Origin: Amoebidium appalachense
Taxonomy: Eukaryota; Protista; Ichthyosporea
Direction: 5' to 3'
DNA: 64,000 nucleotides
Assembly (NCBI GenBank): GCA_963693365.1
Contig: CAVNZM010000010.1
Coordinates: 2,046,001 to 2,110,000 of the forward strand
Shown piece by piece: positions 60,923 through 64,000 of this stretch. The stretch's first letter is position 1; the number at the start of each line of letters is the position of its first letter. Below the pieces are notes generated by a model, which was not told the origin of the DNA, ran no database searches, and was given only the letters and a program-made list of their open reading frames with translations. Made by a program: the position numbers and the translations under genes.

Positions 60923-61488
60923 GGAGAAAGGGGGGGGGAGAGGAGGGGGGGGGGGGGGGGGGGAGAGAGAAAGGGGACGGGGGAACTCATGTTGATACGT
61001 TTACAACCCATTACAATCCAATAATGTAGTTATAGCGGTGGTGTGGGTTCCAAATCGGGTTTTCCCTTCATTTTTCACGTGGATATTTTTCTATGCCTGA
61101 TCAATCGATATGTCACCAACATCTCACGGTTATGGGTGCTTCCTTCCCTCCCCCCCCCCCCCCCCTCTTCCCCCCACCCCCTCCCCCCCCCTCCCCCCCT
61201 CCCCCCCCCTTCCCCCCCCTCTTCCCCCTCCCTTTACCCCCCCCCCCCTCCCCCCCCCGGGGTGCGCCAAGACACATGCACCTAACGGCTTTCCCACTAA
61301 ACATTTGTACCCGCGACACCACCAGAATCACCACCCCTACACTACCAGACCCCACTTTGCGTCGGCACCATGCAGTATTTTCACAGGATTTTATGTTTGT
61401 GGCGGCTTTAGTCCCACCCTGTGAAAAATTGCACGAGAAATGGACAACGATCGTGTTTCGACACGAGAACCCCCCATTTCACCTCTCC

Positions 61489-61533
<45 letters not shown>

Positions 61534-62050
61534 ACCCCCACCACCACCCACCACCACCACCACAAAAAAAAAAAAAAAAAATAAACGAAAAAAAGACCCG
61601 ACTATCTTGCCCATCCAGTAACAGAAGAAAGGGGGGGGGGGGGGGGGGGGGGGGGGAGGGGGGGAGGGGGGCAAAGGGGGGGGGGGGGGGGGGGGGGGGG
61701 GGATTTTTCCTCCCACCCCGTTCCTTCCTGTTCTTGTCTGTGCATGCAAGATGTATAGGACCGGTGCAATGCTACTCTGGGAGAGAGATACTGAAAATCT
61801 GTCTCGTCCACCCAGAAAAAAAGGGAAGCCAGGGGGGAGAAAATAAGAAAAGGAAAGAGGACGTATTTTCCCACACACACCTTTTCCTCTCTTTCCTGTC
61901 ATCTCTCCCATCCAAGGGGGGCCGCGGGGGGGGGGGGGGGGGGGGAGGGGGGGGGGGGGGGGGGGGGGGAGGGGGGGGGAGAACGAAAAACGGTGGGGGT
62001 GGTTGTTGGGCGAGTAGGATAAATTTTGCATTCTCACTCCGTTCCTCCCC

Positions 62051-62083
<33 letters not shown>

Positions 62084-62358
62084 TGTGTACAGAAATGTAT
62101 CGATGTATTGGACAGATGCCAGCAAGTCAAAGACCTACTCAGGGAGAGATATACCAAAAAACTATCTCGTCCACCCACCCCTACCGCCCCCGTCACAACA
62201 ACAGGCCTAGGCAGGGAGGAAGATGATCTAGAGGCACGGTTGGCTAGATTAGGGGTATGCGACCTTTTCTTCTTCTTTTTTTTCTCTTTTTTTTTCGTGT
62301 ATCGGATGTTTTTTTTCGTTTTGGTTTGTTTTTCTCTTCTTGGGCGGAGAGGGGGAGG

Positions 62359-62392
<34 letters not shown>

Positions 62393-63361
62393 AAGTAACT
62401 GACATATGTGATATAGTACATGTGCCGGCCTGTTCGTGTTTGTTTTGAAGAGAAAAAAGGAGAGTGAGAGAGAGAGGGAGGGAGAGAGAAAGCGCTATCG
62501 TTTCAGCACAAAGACTACGTTTCACTGAATGTTCCCCCGTATGGTCGGAATTGCAGATAGCTGCCCCACCCAGCCCCCCTCCTTTGAGCCCCCTCCCCCG
62601 CCAGTAGACCGGACCAGAAAACCGACCACCATACCTTCTATTGCACCGGCCGTGGCCCCGGCAGCCGACCTGTGGGGTAAGCGTTTTATGGTATTTTGGT
62701 GTGAGGTCGTCCTAACGAGTTAGAGTGGTTTTTACTTCGTTTATTTGTTTTTTTTTGTAGTGCTTTGTAGTGGTTGTTACTTCATTTTTTTGTTTTTTTG
62801 GATGGTTTTTACTTCATTCATTTGTTTTTTGTAGTGGTTTTTTACTTCATTTAATTTTTTTTTTTTTTGTAGTGGTTATTACTTCATTTATTTGTTTTTT
62901 GTGCTGTTTTCACTTTGTTTTTTGTTTATATCATAGTGGTTTTTACTGCTTGTTTTTTTTTTTTTTTTTTCTTTTTTTTGCCCCTTCTGTGTTTCGGCTT
63001 GTGACCGAAGCAGGGCTGGGTAGTACGAAATTATCGGGAACAGCGATAGACACCGGGGGCAAAAGGGGAGGGGGGGGGGGGGGAAGATACTGGTCTAACC
63101 GTTGCTCAGGAATGGGAATGTCAGGCTGACACATAGGGGGAAGGGGGAGGGGAGGGGGGGGGGGGGGGGGGGGGTTCTAAAGTGTGTTTTTTCACCAACA
63201 CACACCGGTTATTTATGTTGGAATTGCAAGTCACAGCTGTGGGCAGGAAAGGGGGGGGGGGGGGGGAGAGGGGGGGTCTTAACGAGCCTTTTGGTCAGCA
63301 CACTTACTGTAGAGAATTATATTTTGATTGCAATCACATTTGCTGCCCACGGGGAGAGGAA

Positions 63362-63409
<48 letters not shown>

Positions 63410-63599
63410 ACGAGTGCTGTGGCAAGTCCACTGGAAATTGCATATTACACATGTGATGAATTCTCGTGTTTCAGCTGCAGGCAGGCGGGGGGTTGCCGAG
63501 CAGAGGTGGGGGGGGGGGGGGGGGGGGGGTCTGGCAAGTGTTTCAGCCATTGCACGGGCAGAAAATGATGAATTTTCATTTCAATTTTCACTTCCAATT

Positions 63600-63636
<37 letters not shown>

Positions 63637-63752
63637 CCCCAGGTCTGCGTGATGTTGTTGTGCCCCTTGATATCAGCAGCTGGTTTCTGAGCCTGGCTGC
63701 AACAAACACAACACGAAATTGCGAAACTTGCGGGGTTCTTGCCGGCACACTG
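59175..63752 (+). CDS. STAMBP: AMSH/STAMBP-like JAMM deubiquitinase, 3'-partial; exons 59175-59306, 59861-59925, 60796-60871, 62093-62253, 62557-62676, 63643-63752
   Basis: It has a MIT/USP8-dimer-like N-terminus (EYERAYVLYLRF, KHP), the SH3-binding motif PPVDRTRKP (Px[VI][DN]RxxKP), and the JAMM start GLRDVVVP...FLSLAATNTTRNCETCGVLAGTL. One missing C in a run near 62575 is needed to keep frame. Confidence 0.9.
62722..62950. repeat. Degenerate ~30-bp T-rich tandem array (GTAGTGGTTTTTACTTCATTT...) in an AMSH intron
   Basis: About 7 visible units. Confidence 0.8.
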
Positions 63753-64000
63753 GTAAACAACCCCCCCCCCCCCCTCTCCCCCGGGCGCCGCGGCCGAGAC
63801 CATCACTAAATATGCCACAGTTGGAGGATATGACGTTTTCTTGCTTATCAGCTTAGGTTACCTGAATAAATCCCATCCCCCCCCCCCCCCCCCCCCCCCC
63901 CCAAATAAAATGAAACAAACGTATGGAATCGCATGAAAACCACAACACAGCACATGAATATCTAGACTCTTTTTTTATTTTATAAAAAAAAAAAAAATCA

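Overview
This is eukaryotic nuclear DNA (spliceosomal GT/GC-AG introns) from an intron-rich organism whose introns are packed with poly-C/poly-G, (CA)n/(GT)n and (GCAC)n tracts. A unicellular holozoan or ichthyosporean-like source is plausible but is only a guess. Almost all of the supplied ORF track is microsatellite noise, so genes were rebuilt by hand from splice sites and reading phase. Eight genes are supported: a SWIM Zn-finger protein carrying a Ku-binding-like motif and a CYREN/MRI-like motif (+, 5'-partial); a P-type IIC (Na,K/H,K-like) ATPase with a frameshift and atypical ion-site residues (-); a secreted ricin-B-like protein (-); a Pro-rich two-EF-hand protein (+); a METTL21/family-16-like protein methyltransferase (-); an acetate kinase with a probable mitochondrial presequence (+); a PhyH-family dioxygenase (-); and AMSH/STAMBP (+, 3'-partial). 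Mobile and repeated DNA includes a 5'-truncated LINE sitting in a (GTGC)n tract, a 500-bp MITE, a ~260-bp unit in three copies forming a large palindrome, and several tandem arrays. The most notable signals are a ~110-nt degenerate element seen only in introns and always in the sense orientation, ending in a branch-point-like motif plus poly-C; acceptors that lack U-rich polypyrimidine tracts; and intronic 'echo' copies of neighbouring splice junctions. Homopolymer indels inside exons suggest the assembly has consensus errors, so frameshifts need read-level confirmation.
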